The notes below the pieces were generated by a model, which worked only from the letters and a program-made list of their open reading frames with translations, made no database searches and was not told where the DNA came from. Source: an uncultured Actinomycetota bacterium (GTDB lineage Bacteria > Actinomycetota > Actinomycetes > JAHEKZ01). Taken from it: 64,000 nt of DNA. Location of the stretch: assembly GCA_963718235.1 (NCBI GenBank), contig CAVQYR010000002.1:672001-736000 (forward strand), written 5' to 3'. Both the position numbers and the translations under genes were made by a program. Positions 1-12,770 of this stretch are shown here, piece by piece; position 1 is the stretch's first letter; every line of letters starts with the position of its first letter.

Positions 1-485
1 CGATCCTGGCCGGGCTGTGCCTTGGGTTCCTCCCGCACAACTTCAACCCGGCCCGGATCTTCATGGGTGACTCCGGGTCGATGCTGAGCGGGCTTCTCCT
101 CTCGGCGGCGGTCATCACGCTGACCGGAAAGGTCGACCCCTACGCCATCGGTGAGGCCGCGCTGCTCCCCGCCCTGATGCCTCTTCTGCTGCCCTTCGCC
201 GTCCTGGCCATCCCCTTCGTCGACCTCTTGCTCGCCGTCCTGCGGCGCACCCGGGCCGGGCGGTCCCCCTTCGCACCGGACAAGCAGCACCTGCACCACC
301 GCCTGCTGGAGATCGGGCACAGCCAGCGGCAGGCGGTCCTCGTGATGTACCTCTGGGCGACCGCACTGGCCCTCGGTTCGGCGATCGCTGCCTTCGCCGG
401 GATCCGGGTCGGTGTGATGGTCGGGCTCGCGGTGGCGATGGTGGCGGTCATCGTCACGCGTAACCCGCGAGGCGCGGTGCGGTGA
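1..485 (+). CDS. wecA: WecA/Rfe (MraY-family) undecaprenyl/decaprenyl-phosphate GlcNAc-1-P transferase, 5'-truncated by the window edge
   Basis: Frame open from base 3: GFLPHNFNPARIFMGDSG and PDKQHLHHRL motifs; usual position upstream of the actinobacterial atp operon. Confidence 0.9.
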   Translation, partial: ILAGLCLGFLPHNFNPARIFMGDSGSMLSGLLLSAAVITLTGKVDPYAIGEAALLPALMPLLLPFAVLAIPFVDLLLAVLRRTRAGRSPFAPDKQHLHHRLLEIGHSQRQAVLVMYLWATALALGSAIAAFAGIRVGVMVGLAVAMVAVIVTRNPRGAVR

Positions 486-952
486 TGGCCCCCGAGTCGC
501 TGCCACCCCAGGCAGCCGACCTCTACGGGATCATGCTGCGGCGCGCAGCGCGCTGGCCCGTCGGCGCGGGCGTGCTCTGCGTCGGTTTCGTCGCGATCGC
601 CGACGGCCGCGATGCTCTCGTGGGCGCTGTTCTCGGCATGGTCATCGTCGTGGGGTTCTTCGCGATCGACGTACTCGTGGTGTCGGTCATGCGCCGAGCG
701 GCACCGGAGCTCACGGTCTTCGCCGTTCTCGTCGAGTACGGCGTCAAGGTGGTGGCGCTGGCGGTGTTCCTGTGGGCGTTGCACGACGACCCCGGGATCG
801 ACCTGCATGCCCTGGCGGTGACGGTCGTCGTCATGACGGTCTCCTGGGTCGTTGCCCTGACGGTCGAGGCGTTGCGGTCACGGTCGTACGTCCTGGACCC
901 CATCCCTAGAGACCGGGAGCCGGGTTCGCACAGCCCTCGACAGGAGTCGTGA
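482..952 (+). CDS. AtpI-like four-TM membrane protein (Rv1303-like position)
   Basis: Four hydrophobic segments; GTGA overlap with the wecA stop; lies ahead of the atp genes. Confidence 0.7.
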   Translation: MMAPESLPPQAADLYGIMLRRAARWPVGAGVLCVGFVAIADGRDALVGAVLGMVIVVGFFAIDVLVVSVMRRAAPELTVFAVLVEYGVKVVALAVFLWALHDDPGIDLHALAVTVVVMTVSWVVALTVEALRSRSYVLDPIPRDREPGSHSPRQES

Positions 953-963
953 GAGTTGTCACA
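948..963. promoter_or_regulatory. CRP/GlxR- or Rex-like operator
   Basis: CGTGA-GAGTTG-TCACA matches (T/C)GTGA-N6-TCACA, about 45 bp upstream of a -10 box. Confidence 0.55.
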
Positions 964-1004
964 TCGGCGTCGCCCGACACCCGGTGGAGGGGCCGTTGGT
1001 GCGC

Positions 1005-1013
1005 TGATATAGT
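1005..1013 (+). promoter_or_regulatory. Extended -10 promoter (TGa-TATAGT) of the atp operon
   Basis: TGATATAGT 9 nt before ATG 1023; AT-rich patch in GC-rich DNA. Confidence 0.6.
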
Positions 1014-1022
1014 CCTCGAACC

Positions 1023-1307
1023 ATGGTCCAGGGACGCCTTCCCGACAAGGCAAGCGGCTCTGGATCGTCTCCATCTCAGATCGAGGGAGTTGCCGGTTAC
1101 CTCGTTGCCGGGGTGTGCCTCTTCGGTGGTCTCGGGCTCGTCCTCGACCGCTGGCTCGGACTCTCCTTCCTGACGCCGGTCGGACTGGCACTGGGTGGGA
1201 TTGCCGGTGGTTACCTCGTCTACGTGAGGGCCGTGCGGCAGCCACAGGAACCAGCAGTGGACAATGAGAGCGGTTCGAGAACGGCGAGCGAAGGGGAGGG
1301 CCGGTGA
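1023..1307 (+). CDS. AtpZ/AtpQ-like small two-TM ATP synthase accessory protein
   Basis: GYLVAGVCLFGGLGLVLDRWLG motif; GTGA overlap with atpB. Confidence 0.75.
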   Translation: MVQGRLPDKASGSGSSPSQIEGVAGYLVAGVCLFGGLGLVLDRWLGLSFLTPVGLALGGIAGGYLVYVRAVRQPQEPAVDNESGSRTASEGEGR

Positions 1308-2092
1308 CCGGTCAGATCATGGCCGACAATGGCTACGTTCCTCCGACCAGCCACGAGGTCTTCCCCCCGGAGATCTTCGACTCGGTCGCCTGGTTCACCA
1401 AGCCGGTGCTCCTGGTCAGCCTCAGCGTCGTCCTGATCGTCGGCGCGTTCATGATGATGACGCGCAGGAAGGCCCTGGTCCCGTCGCGTGGGCAGTTCGC
1501 CGGTGAGCTCGTCTACGACTTCGTGCGCAACGGGATCGGCCGGGACCTGATCGGGTCCAAGGACTTCCGTCCGTTCGTCCCTCTGCTGTTCGCCCTGTTC
1601 ACCTTCATCCTGGTGAACAACCTGTACGGCGTCACCCCGCTGGTCAGCTTCCCGCCGATGGCGCACATCGCGTTCCCGATGGTGCTGGCCCTGATCGTGC
1701 TCGTCGTCTACAACACGGTCGGAATCCGCCGGGTCGGGTTCGTCCCGTACTTCCGGGACATCATGTTCATCCCCGGCGTCCCCAAGTTCGTGTACCCGAT
1801 CCTCGCGCCGATCGAGCTGCTCACCGTGCTCTTCATCCGCCCGTTCACGCTCACCCTGCGTCTGTTCGCCAACATGTTTGCCGGACACATGCTCCTGCTG
1901 GTCTTCGTGACCGGTGCCGAGTACCTCCTGATCGAGGTGGCCAACCCCCTGCTGAAGGGCGCGGGGCTGCTGACGGGCGTCGTTGCGCTCGTGATGACCT
2001 TCTTCGAGCTGTTCGTCGAGATCTTCCAGGCCTACATCTTCGCCCTCCTCACGGCCCTCTACATCGGTGGCGCCGTGAGTGAGGGTCACTAA
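1304..2092 (+). CDS. atpB: ATP synthase Fo subunit a
   Basis: RPFTLTLRLFANMFAGH with the essential Arg; QAYIFALLT. Confidence 0.97.
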   Translation: MTGQIMADNGYVPPTSHEVFPPEIFDSVAWFTKPVLLVSLSVVLIVGAFMMMTRRKALVPSRGQFAGELVYDFVRNGIGRDLIGSKDFRPFVPLLFALFTFILVNNLYGVTPLVSFPPMAHIAFPMVLALIVLVVYNTVGIRRVGFVPYFRDIMFIPGVPKFVYPILAPIELLTVLFIRPFTLTLRLFANMFAGHMLLLVFVTGAEYLLIEVANPLLKGAGLLTGVVALVMTFFELFVEIFQAYIFALLTALYIGGAVSEGH

Positions 2093-2138
2093 GACCGATG
2101 ACGCTGCCCGGGCGTCACGTACCGAAAGGGAAACCCGC

Positions 2139-2351
2139 ATGGACCTGTCAGGCAACCTCACTCCGGTCACCTTCGGCCTTGCCGCGATCGGTTCAGGTAT
2201 CGGCGCGGGTCTGATCTTCGCCGCTTTCATCACTGGCGTCGCTCGCCAGCCGGAAGCACTGTCGGTCCTGCGTACCTGGGCGTTCACCGCGTTCGCCCTG
2301 GTCGAGGCCCTCGCGCTGATCGGTCTGGTCGCTCCGTTCTTCCTGAAGTAG
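2139..2351 (+). CDS. atpE: ATP synthase Fo subunit c (H+ type)
   Basis: 70 aa hairpin with GSGIGAG, ARQPE loop and ion-binding Glu in FALVEAL; RBS GAAAGGG before ATG 2139. Confidence 0.97.
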   Translation: MDLSGNLTPVTFGLAAIGSGIGAGLIFAAFITGVARQPEALSVLRTWAFTAFALVEALALIGLVAPFFLK

Positions 2352-2385
2352 CAGCCATCACTCGACAGACCACGAGGACTGACAC

Positions 2386-2919
2386 ATGTACGTGATCGCC
2401 GCCGAGACCGAGATCAACCCTCTGGTGCCGCAGACTGCCGAGATCGTGGTCGCCCTGATCGCGTTCGCCATCCTGTACTGGTTCGTCGCGAAGTACATCG
2501 CTCCGAGGTTCGAGCAGGTGTACCAGGAGCGCACGGCGGCGATCGAGGGCGGGCTGTCGAAGGCGGAGGACGCCCAGCGTGAGGCGGCCGCCGCGCTCGA
2601 GCAGTACCAGGCGCAGCTCGCCGACGCGCGCGGCGAGGCCTCGCGGATCCGCGAGGAGGCCCGCGAGCAGGGGGTGCAGATCCTGGCCGAGATGCGCGAG
2701 CAGGCCCAGGCCGAGGCCAACCGGGTCACTGCGGCCGCCCAGGCCCAGATCGAGGCCGAGCGGCAGTCAGCCATCGCCTCGTTGCGCACCGAGGTCGGGA
2801 CGCTGGCGGTCGGGCTGGCGGGCAAGCTCGTCGGGGCGCAGATGACCGACGAGGCGGCCCAGTCCGAGGTCATCGACCGCTTCATCGCCGACCTCGAGAC
2901 CTCCGGCCAGGACGCCTGA
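2386..2919 (+). CDS. atpF: ATP synthase Fo subunit b
   Basis: NPLVP, single TM, then a long Ala/Glu coiled coil; operon position. Confidence 0.95.
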   Translation: MYVIAAETEINPLVPQTAEIVVALIAFAILYWFVAKYIAPRFEQVYQERTAAIEGGLSKAEDAQREAAAALEQYQAQLADARGEASRIREEAREQGVQILAEMREQAQAEANRVTAAAQAQIEAERQSAIASLRTEVGTLAVGLAGKLVGAQMTDEAAQSEVIDRFIADLETSGQDA

Positions 2920-3749
2920 TGCCTGCACCGATGCAGGGCTCGAGTCGAGCGTCGCTGGCGGCCGCGCGCGGTCGGCTCGACGTCCTGCTCTCCTCCGGTG
3001 TTGCCACGGACCCGCTGTCCTTGGGTGAGCAGGTGTTCTCCGTGGTCGACCTGCTCGACGCCCAGCCGGCGGTGCGGGCCGCGCTGACCGACCCCGCCCG
3101 TGCGGGTGAGGACAAGGCCCAGCTCGTCTCGTCGCTGTTCGCCGGCAAGGTCGAGGGCCCGACCCTCGACCTCGTCAGCGGGATGGTGCGCGACCGCTGG
3201 GCCCAGCCTCGCGACCTCGCCGAGGCGCTGGCCGACCTCGGCGTGCAGTCGCTGGCCACCGCCGCAGAGCGCAGGAACGCCCTGGACACCGTCGAGGACG
3301 ACCTGTTCCGCTTCGGTCAGATCGTCGCCGGCGCACCGGAGCTTCGCTCGGCCCTGACCGACCGGGCCGTGCCGGCCGGACCCAAGCAGCGGCTCGTCGA
3401 CACCCTGCTGACCGACAAGACCTCGCCCGAGGCGCACCTCCTGCTGGGCCGGGCGGTCGTCCACCCCCGAGGCCGGTCGCTCGAGGCGGGTGTGGCCGAC
3501 CTCATCCGCGACGTGGCCGAGCGTCGCCGACGGATCACTGCGACCGTCGTCGCGGCCGTCCCGCTCACCGAGCAGCAGCGGTCCCGTCTCGCGGCGGTGC
3601 TGTCCGCCCAACGCGGCGCGCAGGTGCACCTCAACGTCGTCGTCGACCCCGAGGTCGTCGGTGGGGTCAAGGTGACCATCGGGGACGAGGTCGTCGACGG
3701 CACCTTGTCGACCCGCCTGGACGAGGCCCACCGGCGTCTCGCTGGGTAA
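2919..3749 (+). CDS. atpH: ATP synthase F1 subunit delta (actinobacterial long form)
   Basis: C-terminal [21 protein letters not shown] motif. Confidence 0.95.
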   Translation: MPAPMQGSSRASLAAARGRLDVLLSSGVATDPLSLGEQVFSVVDLLDAQPAVRAALTDPARAGEDKAQLVSSLFAGKVEGPTLDLVSGMVRDRWAQPRDLAEALADLGVQSLATAAERRNALDTVEDDLFRFGQIVAGAPELRSALTDRAVPAGPKQRLVDTLLTDKTSPEAHLLLGRAVVHPRGRSLEAGVADLIRDVAERRRRITATVVAAVPLTEQQRSRLAAVLSAQRGAQVHLNVVVDPEVVGGVKVTIGDEVVDGTLSTRLDEAHRRLAG

Positions 3750-3868
3750 CCACTGCTCGAGCTGCTCAACAACTGCACACCCACGACTGCCGGAGCCACA
3801 CCGACCGGCACCCACGACCCAAGGGGCGCGACAGCACCCCGACGAAACAAGGAGAGCAGGGACTTCAG

Positions 3869-7922
<4,054 letters not shown>

Positions 7923-7923
7923 C

Positions 7924-8328
7924 GTGGGTGAGCTCAACGTCGACCTCGTCGCCGCGGACCGGGCCATCTGGTCGGGCAAGGCCCGGCTGGTGATCGCCCG
8001 GACCATGGTGGGCGACATCGGGGTGATGCCCGGCCACGAGCCCGTGCTCGCCACCCTCGCCGACAGCGTGGTGGTGGTGCGCGCCGACGACGGTGACCAG
8101 GTGTTCGCCGTTCACGGTGGCTTCCTGTCCGTGAGCAACGACGTGGTGTCGGTGCTCGCCGAGACGGCCGAGTTCGCCGAGGAGATCGACGTGGAGCGAG
8201 CGCGGGCGGCCCTCCTTCGAGCCCAGGAGAAGTCCGCGGGGGTCGAGGAGCCGGACGAGAGCCTGCTGGAGAGCGAGCGCCGCGCCGAGATCCGCCTACG
8301 GGCGGCCGAGGCCCACCTCAGCCACTGA
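7924..8328 (+). CDS. atpC: ATP synthase F1 subunit epsilon
   Basis: GTG 7924; GDIGVMPGHEP, HGGF and EIDVERA (3' part of the 7216..8328 ORF). Confidence 0.95.
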   Translation: MGELNVDLVAADRAIWSGKARLVIARTMVGDIGVMPGHEPVLATLADSVVVVRADDGDQVFAVHGGFLSVSNDVVSVLAETAEFAEEIDVERARAALLRAQEKSAGVEEPDESLLESERRAEIRLRAAEAHLSH

Positions 8329-8360
8329 CCGGTCCAGCGATGAGCCGGTCGACGGCCGGT

Positions 8361-8948
8361 TCAGGACCGGTCGCCCCCCGGCACCCAGAGCACGTCACCG
8401 GTGCCACCGCTGGAAGGCAGGTTGGCGACCCGGCTGAGGATGAACAGCAGGTCGCTGAGTCGGTTCAGGTAGTGGGCCGTCAGCGGGTTCATCGACTCCG
8501 CGTGCTCGGCAAGTGCCGCCCAGGTCGACCGCTCGGCCCGACGCACGACGGTGCGAGCGACGTGCAGGTGCGCGGCAGCGGCGGTTCCACCCGGTAGGAC
8601 GAAGGACCGCAGGGACTCGACCTGGTCGTTGTAGTGGTCACAGGCTGCCTCCAGGCGCTCGACGTACTCCGGCAGAACCCGCAGCGGCGGGAACTCCGGG
8701 TTCTCGACCACCGGGGTGCACAGGTCGGCCCCGACGTCGAACAGGTCGTTCTGGATGCGGGTGAGCAGGGTGCGGACGTCCTGCGTCAAGGTGCCGGTAG
8801 CCAGAACGACCCCGAGCTGGGAGTTCGCCTCGTCGACGTCGGCGTAGGCCACCAGCCGCGGGTCGGTCTTGCTCACCCGGCTCAGGTCGCCCAGCGCAGA
8901 CGTGCCGTCGTCACCGGTTCGGGTGTAGATGCGTGTGAGGTTGACCAT
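8361..8948 (-). CDS. pduO: PduO-type ATP:cob(I)alamin adenosyltransferase
   Basis: [14 protein letters not shown] and [10 protein letters not shown] motifs. Confidence 0.95.
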   Translation of the reverse strand: MVNLTRIYTRTGDDGTSALGDLSRVSKTDPRLVAYADVDEANSQLGVVLATGTLTQDVRTLLTRIQNDLFDVGADLCTPVVENPEFPPLRVLPEYVERLEAACDHYNDQVESLRSFVLPGGTAAAAHLHVARTVVRRAERSTWAALAEHAESMNPLTAHYLNRLSDLLFILSRVANLPSSGGTGDVLWVPGGDRS

Positions 8949-8986
8949 GCGCCCGAGCCTACGGTCAGGGCGCCTACGATGCCCAC

Positions 8987-10303
8987 GTGGAGAGGTTTCG
9001 AGTGAGGGGTGGTGCGCGCCTGGTCGGTGAGGTGCGCGTGACCGGCGCCAAGAACAGCGTGCTCAAGCTGATGGCAGCATCGCTGCTGGCCCCCGGTCGC
9101 ACCACGATCGCGGACGTCCCCGACATCCTGGACGTCGAGATCATGGCGGAGCTGCTGCGGCGACTCGGCTGTGACGTGGCCCACGACCACCCGTCCGCCA
9201 CCGTCGTGGTGGACGTCCCCGAACGGATCGAGCACCGGGCCGACTACGACCTCGTACGGTTGATGCGCGCGTCGATCGCGGTGCTCGGTCCGCTGGTGGC
9301 CCGCGTCGGCGAGGCCGACGTCGCGATGCCCGGGGGTGACGCGATCGGTTCCCGCCCCCTCGACCTTCATGTCGCCGGGCTCGTCAAGATGGGGGCCACG
9401 GTCGAGAGCGAGCACGGCTTCATCGTGGCCAAGGCCAAGCGACTGCACGGCGCCTCGGTGTGGCTGGACTTCCCCAGCGTCGGAGCCACCGAGAACCTTC
9501 TGATGGCGGCGGTCCTCGCCGACGGGCGGACCGTGATCGACAACGCCGCCCGAGAGCCGGAGATCGTCGACCTCGTGGCCATGCTCCGGGCCATGGGTGC
9601 TGTGGTCCGGGGCGAAGGCACGTCGACGCTGGAGATCGACGGGGTCGAGGGTCTCACCCCGACCCTTCACACCACGGTCCCCGACCGGATCGTGGCCGGC
9701 ACGTGGGCGATGGCCTCGGCGATGACCCTGGGCGACGTGACGGTCCGAAACGCCGTGCCCGAGCACCTGGAGATCGCTCTGGACAAGCTGGACACCGCGG
9801 GTGCAGAGGTCGACCGGGTCGACGGTGGCTTCCGCGTGCGGGCCGAGCGCCGACCGGCGGCGGTGGACGCGGTCACCCTGCCGTACCCGGGTTTCCCCAC
9901 CGACCTCCTGCCCATGGCGCTGGCCCTGAACGCGATCGCCGAGGGCACGGCCATGGTGACCGAGAACGTGTACGAGTCACGCTTCATGTTCGTCAACGAG
10001 CTGAACCGGCTGGGCGCCGACATCAGGACCGACGGGCACCACGCGGTGGTCCGAGGGCGGCCCATCCTGTCCGGGGCACCGGTGCGCGCGCCGGACATCC
10101 GCGCGGGAGCCGGGCTGGTCATCGCCGGTCTGGTCGCCGAGGGTGAGACGACGGTTTCCGGCGTCATGCACGTCGACCGTGGCTACCCGGACTTCGACTC
10201 CCAGCTGCGCAGCCTCGGTGCGCACGTGGTCCGCGAACCCGACCCCGAGGCGTTCGACCCGGCCCAGCTGACCGACGGTGCGTCCGGCCAGGCCCCGACC
10301 TAG
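8987..10303 (+). CDS. murA: UDP-N-acetylglucosamine 1-carboxyvinyltransferase
   Basis: [28 protein letters not shown] and DIRAG. Confidence 0.97.
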   Translation: MERFRVRGGARLVGEVRVTGAKNSVLKLMAASLLAPGRTTIADVPDILDVEIMAELLRRLGCDVAHDHPSATVVVDVPERIEHRADYDLVRLMRASIAVLGPLVARVGEADVAMPGGDAIGSRPLDLHVAGLVKMGATVESEHGFIVAKAKRLHGASVWLDFPSVGATENLLMAAVLADGRTVIDNAAREPEIVDLVAMLRAMGAVVRGEGTSTLEIDGVEGLTPTLHTTVPDRIVAGTWAMASAMTLGDVTVRNAVPEHLEIALDKLDTAGAEVDRVDGGFRVRAERRPAAVDAVTLPYPGFPTDLLPMALALNAIAEGTAMVTENVYESRFMFVNELNRLGADIRTDGHHAVVRGRPILSGAPVRAPDIRAGAGLVIAGLVAEGETTVSGVMHVDRGYPDFDSQLRSLGAHVVREPDPEAFDPAQLTDGASGQAPT

Positions 10304-10827
10304 CCTGACCCCGGCGCAGGACCGGACCGGGTTACGTGTGCGGTCAGCGCAGGCGCTGATCGCAGCGTCTGGAGTACTACGCAGTAGCGCTCGGTGAGGC
10401 GCAGCAGCGTGTCGAGCTGGTCATCTTCGGCGTCGGTGTCGACGTCGAAGATGACGCGGATCGCGGTGAAGCCGACCGGTGCCTGCTTGTCGACCCCGAG
10501 TGTGCCCCTGAAGTCGAGGTCGCCTTCGGCTCGTACGGTGCCGCCGCGGACGGTGATCCCGATCGACGTCGCGACCGCGAGGAGGGTCACACCGGCGCAG
10601 GCGACGAGAGCCTGGAGCAGCATGTCGCCGGAGCAGGCCGAGGCCCCGCTGCCCCCGGTCGCGGGGTGGAGCCCGGCAGCGACGAGGGCTTGCCCCGTCT
10701 GCACCGAGCAGGTGACCCCGTCACCCAGTGCGCCGGTGGCGGACAAGGTCACGGCTGCGGCTGCGGCGTCCGCGCGGTACCGCTCCTTGAGGGGGTCCTG
10801 AGCCATCTTCAGCGTTGCACGGTCCAC
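10300..10827 (-). CDS. OsmC/Ohr-family protein
   Basis: [23 protein letters not shown] and ERYCVV. Confidence 0.85.
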   Translation of the reverse strand: MDRATLKMAQDPLKERYRADAAAAAVTLSATGALGDGVTCSVQTGQALVAAGLHPATGGSGASACSGDMLLQALVACAGVTLLAVATSIGITVRGGTVRAEGDLDFRGTLGVDKQAPVGFTAIRVIFDVDTDAEDDQLDTLLRLTERYCVVLQTLRSAPALTAHVTRSGPAPGSG

Positions 10828-10891
10828 GGGGTCTCCGTCCTGGCAGGGGCGGGTGCCGCGTCACGTGGCTGCCCTCGGTCGTGCGGCGAGC

Positions 10892-11221
10892 CTAGAGCCG
10901 GCGTTGGGCGAGGACGGTGCGGGCGCGGTCCAGGTCGCTCGGCCACACCATCACGCGGGGTCCGTCGTTGGTCTGCGCGAGCGTCGCCCTGACCGACGCC
11001 GCCTCGAGGGCCTGGCGCACCATCTCTCCCTCGACGTACGTGGCAGGCGCCGCCACCGGGGTCAGCAGGCCGTAGTCGGTGGGCTGCCCGGGGACGGCAG
11101 GTCGCTCGACGACCGACCCCCCGCGACCGAAGGCCCATCGCAGCAGCAGGCAGAACACGACCATGCCGCCGACGGCCATCAGTGGGCCGTAGACGTAGGA
11201 GAAGCTGCCCCACGATGCCAC
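10892..11221 (-). CDS. Small single-TM conserved hypothetical protein
   Basis: GTG 11221; TM segment LMAVGGMVVFCLLLRW, then DYGLL and a compact soluble domain. Confidence 0.65.
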   Translation of the reverse strand: MASWGSFSYVYGPLMAVGGMVVFCLLLRWAFGRGGSVVERPAVPGQPTDYGLLTPVAAPATYVEGEMVRQALEAASVRATLAQTNDGPRVMVWPSDLDRARTVLAQRRL

Positions 11222-11318
11222 GCGCCCAGTGTGCGCCTCTCCGGCTGCCGCCGCCACCGGGGTAGCCTTCCCCGGGCCGCCGGGTGCCGCTCGCCCGGCA
11301 ACCCCGGAGGGAGACAGG

Positions 11319-12173
11319 ATGACCGAGACCACCGTCGCTGTGGTGGGGGCCGGACTCATGGGGTCGGGCATCGCCCAGGTGGCAGCCCGCTCCGGTGCGC
11401 GGGTGATCCTGCAGGACGTCGGGCAGGAGCAGCTCGCTCGTGGCCTGACCGCGATCGCTGCGTCCCTGGACAAGCTCGTCGAGAAGGACCGCCTGACCCG
11501 GGCCGAGGCCGACGAGACGCGGGCCAGGATCGAGGTGACGACCGAGCTGGCAGACCTGGGCGGTGCATCCTTCGTGGTGGAGGCCGCCTTCGAGCGGCTG
11601 GACGTCAAGACCGAGCTGTTCGCCGTCCTGGACCAGGTGGTCGGGCCCGACACGATCCTCGCGACGAACACCTCCGCCCTGCCCATCACCCAGATCGCTG
11701 CCGCGACGGCACGTCCAGAGCGTGTGGTCGGCACCCACTTCTTCTCGCCGGTGCCACTCATGCAGCTGTGCGAGGTGGTGCGCGGTTACCGCACCTCCGA
11801 CGACACGATGACCCGCGCCGTGGCCTTCGCGGAGCAGGTGGGCAAGACCGTGGTGGTCGTCAACCGTGACGTCGCCGGCTTCGTGACCACCCGGCTGATC
11901 TCGGCGCTGGCGCTGGAGGCGGCCCGGCTCGTGGAGTCGGGCGTGGCTTCGGCCGACGACGTCGACACCGCCTGTCGCCTGGGTTTCGGGCATGCGATGG
12001 GGCCGCTGCAGACGATGGACCTGACCGGCGTGGACATCATGGTCAACGCTGCGGACAACGTCGCGGCGGAGACCCCCGGAGACACCTTCGCGGTCCCTGG
12101 GCTGCTGCGGCGGATGGTCGCCGCCGGCTCGCTGGGTCGCAAGACCGGGCAGGGCTTCTACGCCTACCCGTGA
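11319..12173 (+). CDS. 3-hydroxyacyl(butyryl)-CoA dehydrogenase
   Basis: GAGLMGSGIA, TNTSAL, GTHFFSP and GRKTGQGFY; RBS GGAGGGAG. Confidence 0.92.
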   Translation: MTETTVAVVGAGLMGSGIAQVAARSGARVILQDVGQEQLARGLTAIAASLDKLVEKDRLTRAEADETRARIEVTTELADLGGASFVVEAAFERLDVKTELFAVLDQVVGPDTILATNTSALPITQIAAATARPERVVGTHFFSPVPLMQLCEVVRGYRTSDDTMTRAVAFAEQVGKTVVVVNRDVAGFVTTRLISALALEAARLVESGVASADDVDTACRLGFGHAMGPLQTMDLTGVDIMVNAADNVAAETPGDTFAVPGLLRRMVAAGSLGRKTGQGFYAYP

Positions 12174-12341
12174 CACCGTGGTGTGGTCGGCACCCAAGGT
12201 CACGACTTGAGGTGACCGGGCGTGTCGTCCGACGTCACGCTTCGTCGGCGGCTACGGTTCCCGGACCCGGTCACCCGGCCCGCGGCTTCCCCTCCGCGCC
12301 GCCGGCGTGAGACGCGGCGGGAGCCGGGCACCGGAGGAACC

Positions 12342-12692
12342 ATGCGCGCAGCAGACGTGGCGCTACCGGCTCGGGTCGACGTCACCACCTCAGGCGACGT
12401 CCGGTACGCGCTTCAGGTAGCGATCGACGCAGCCCTCGGCCCCGACGTCGTCGTCGACTGCTCCCAGCTGGACGTCGTCGATGTCGCGGGGCTCGGGGTG
12501 CTGGTCAGTGCCCATCGACGCGCGCGCTCGTCGGGGCATCGGCTCGTCTTCGCCGATCCGCCTCAGCGGATCATCCGGCTGTTCGCCGTCACCCGGCTGC
12601 ACCGGATCCTTCATCTCGACCGGCACCAGGGGCAGTCGGTGTCGCGGTCGGTGTCACGGTCGGTCGGGCATCCCGTGGGCTGGGCCGGCTGA
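12342..12692 (+). CDS. STAS-domain (anti-anti-sigma-like) protein
   Basis: VVVDCSQLDVVDVAGLGVLV...RLFAVTRL; RBS GGAGG. Confidence 0.85.
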   Translation: MRAADVALPARVDVTTSGDVRYALQVAIDAALGPDVVVDCSQLDVVDVAGLGVLVSAHRRARSSGHRLVFADPPQRIIRLFAVTRLHRILHLDRHQGQSVSRSVSRSVGHPVGWAG

Positions 12693-12770
12693 GTCCACGA
12701 CCGCGCACCGGCCTGATCGGACCCACCGGTACGCTGAACGGTGAACCACCGGGACCTCATGGAGGCTTGG

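Noticed and set aside
2139-2351. Possible Na+-translocating c-ring
   Set aside because: It lacks the Gln and Glu-Ser/Thr Na+ signature; EAL indicates H+ coupling.
3750-3868. CA-rich atpH-atpA spacer with CACCCACGAC twice (3778, 3809)
   Set aside because: Only two 10-bp copies and no array structure; not CRISPR, probably an unstructured leader.
12693-12770. Cobalamin riboswitch ahead of the B12-dependent mutases (also checked before icmA)
   Set aside because: The spacers are too short and no B12-box was seen.
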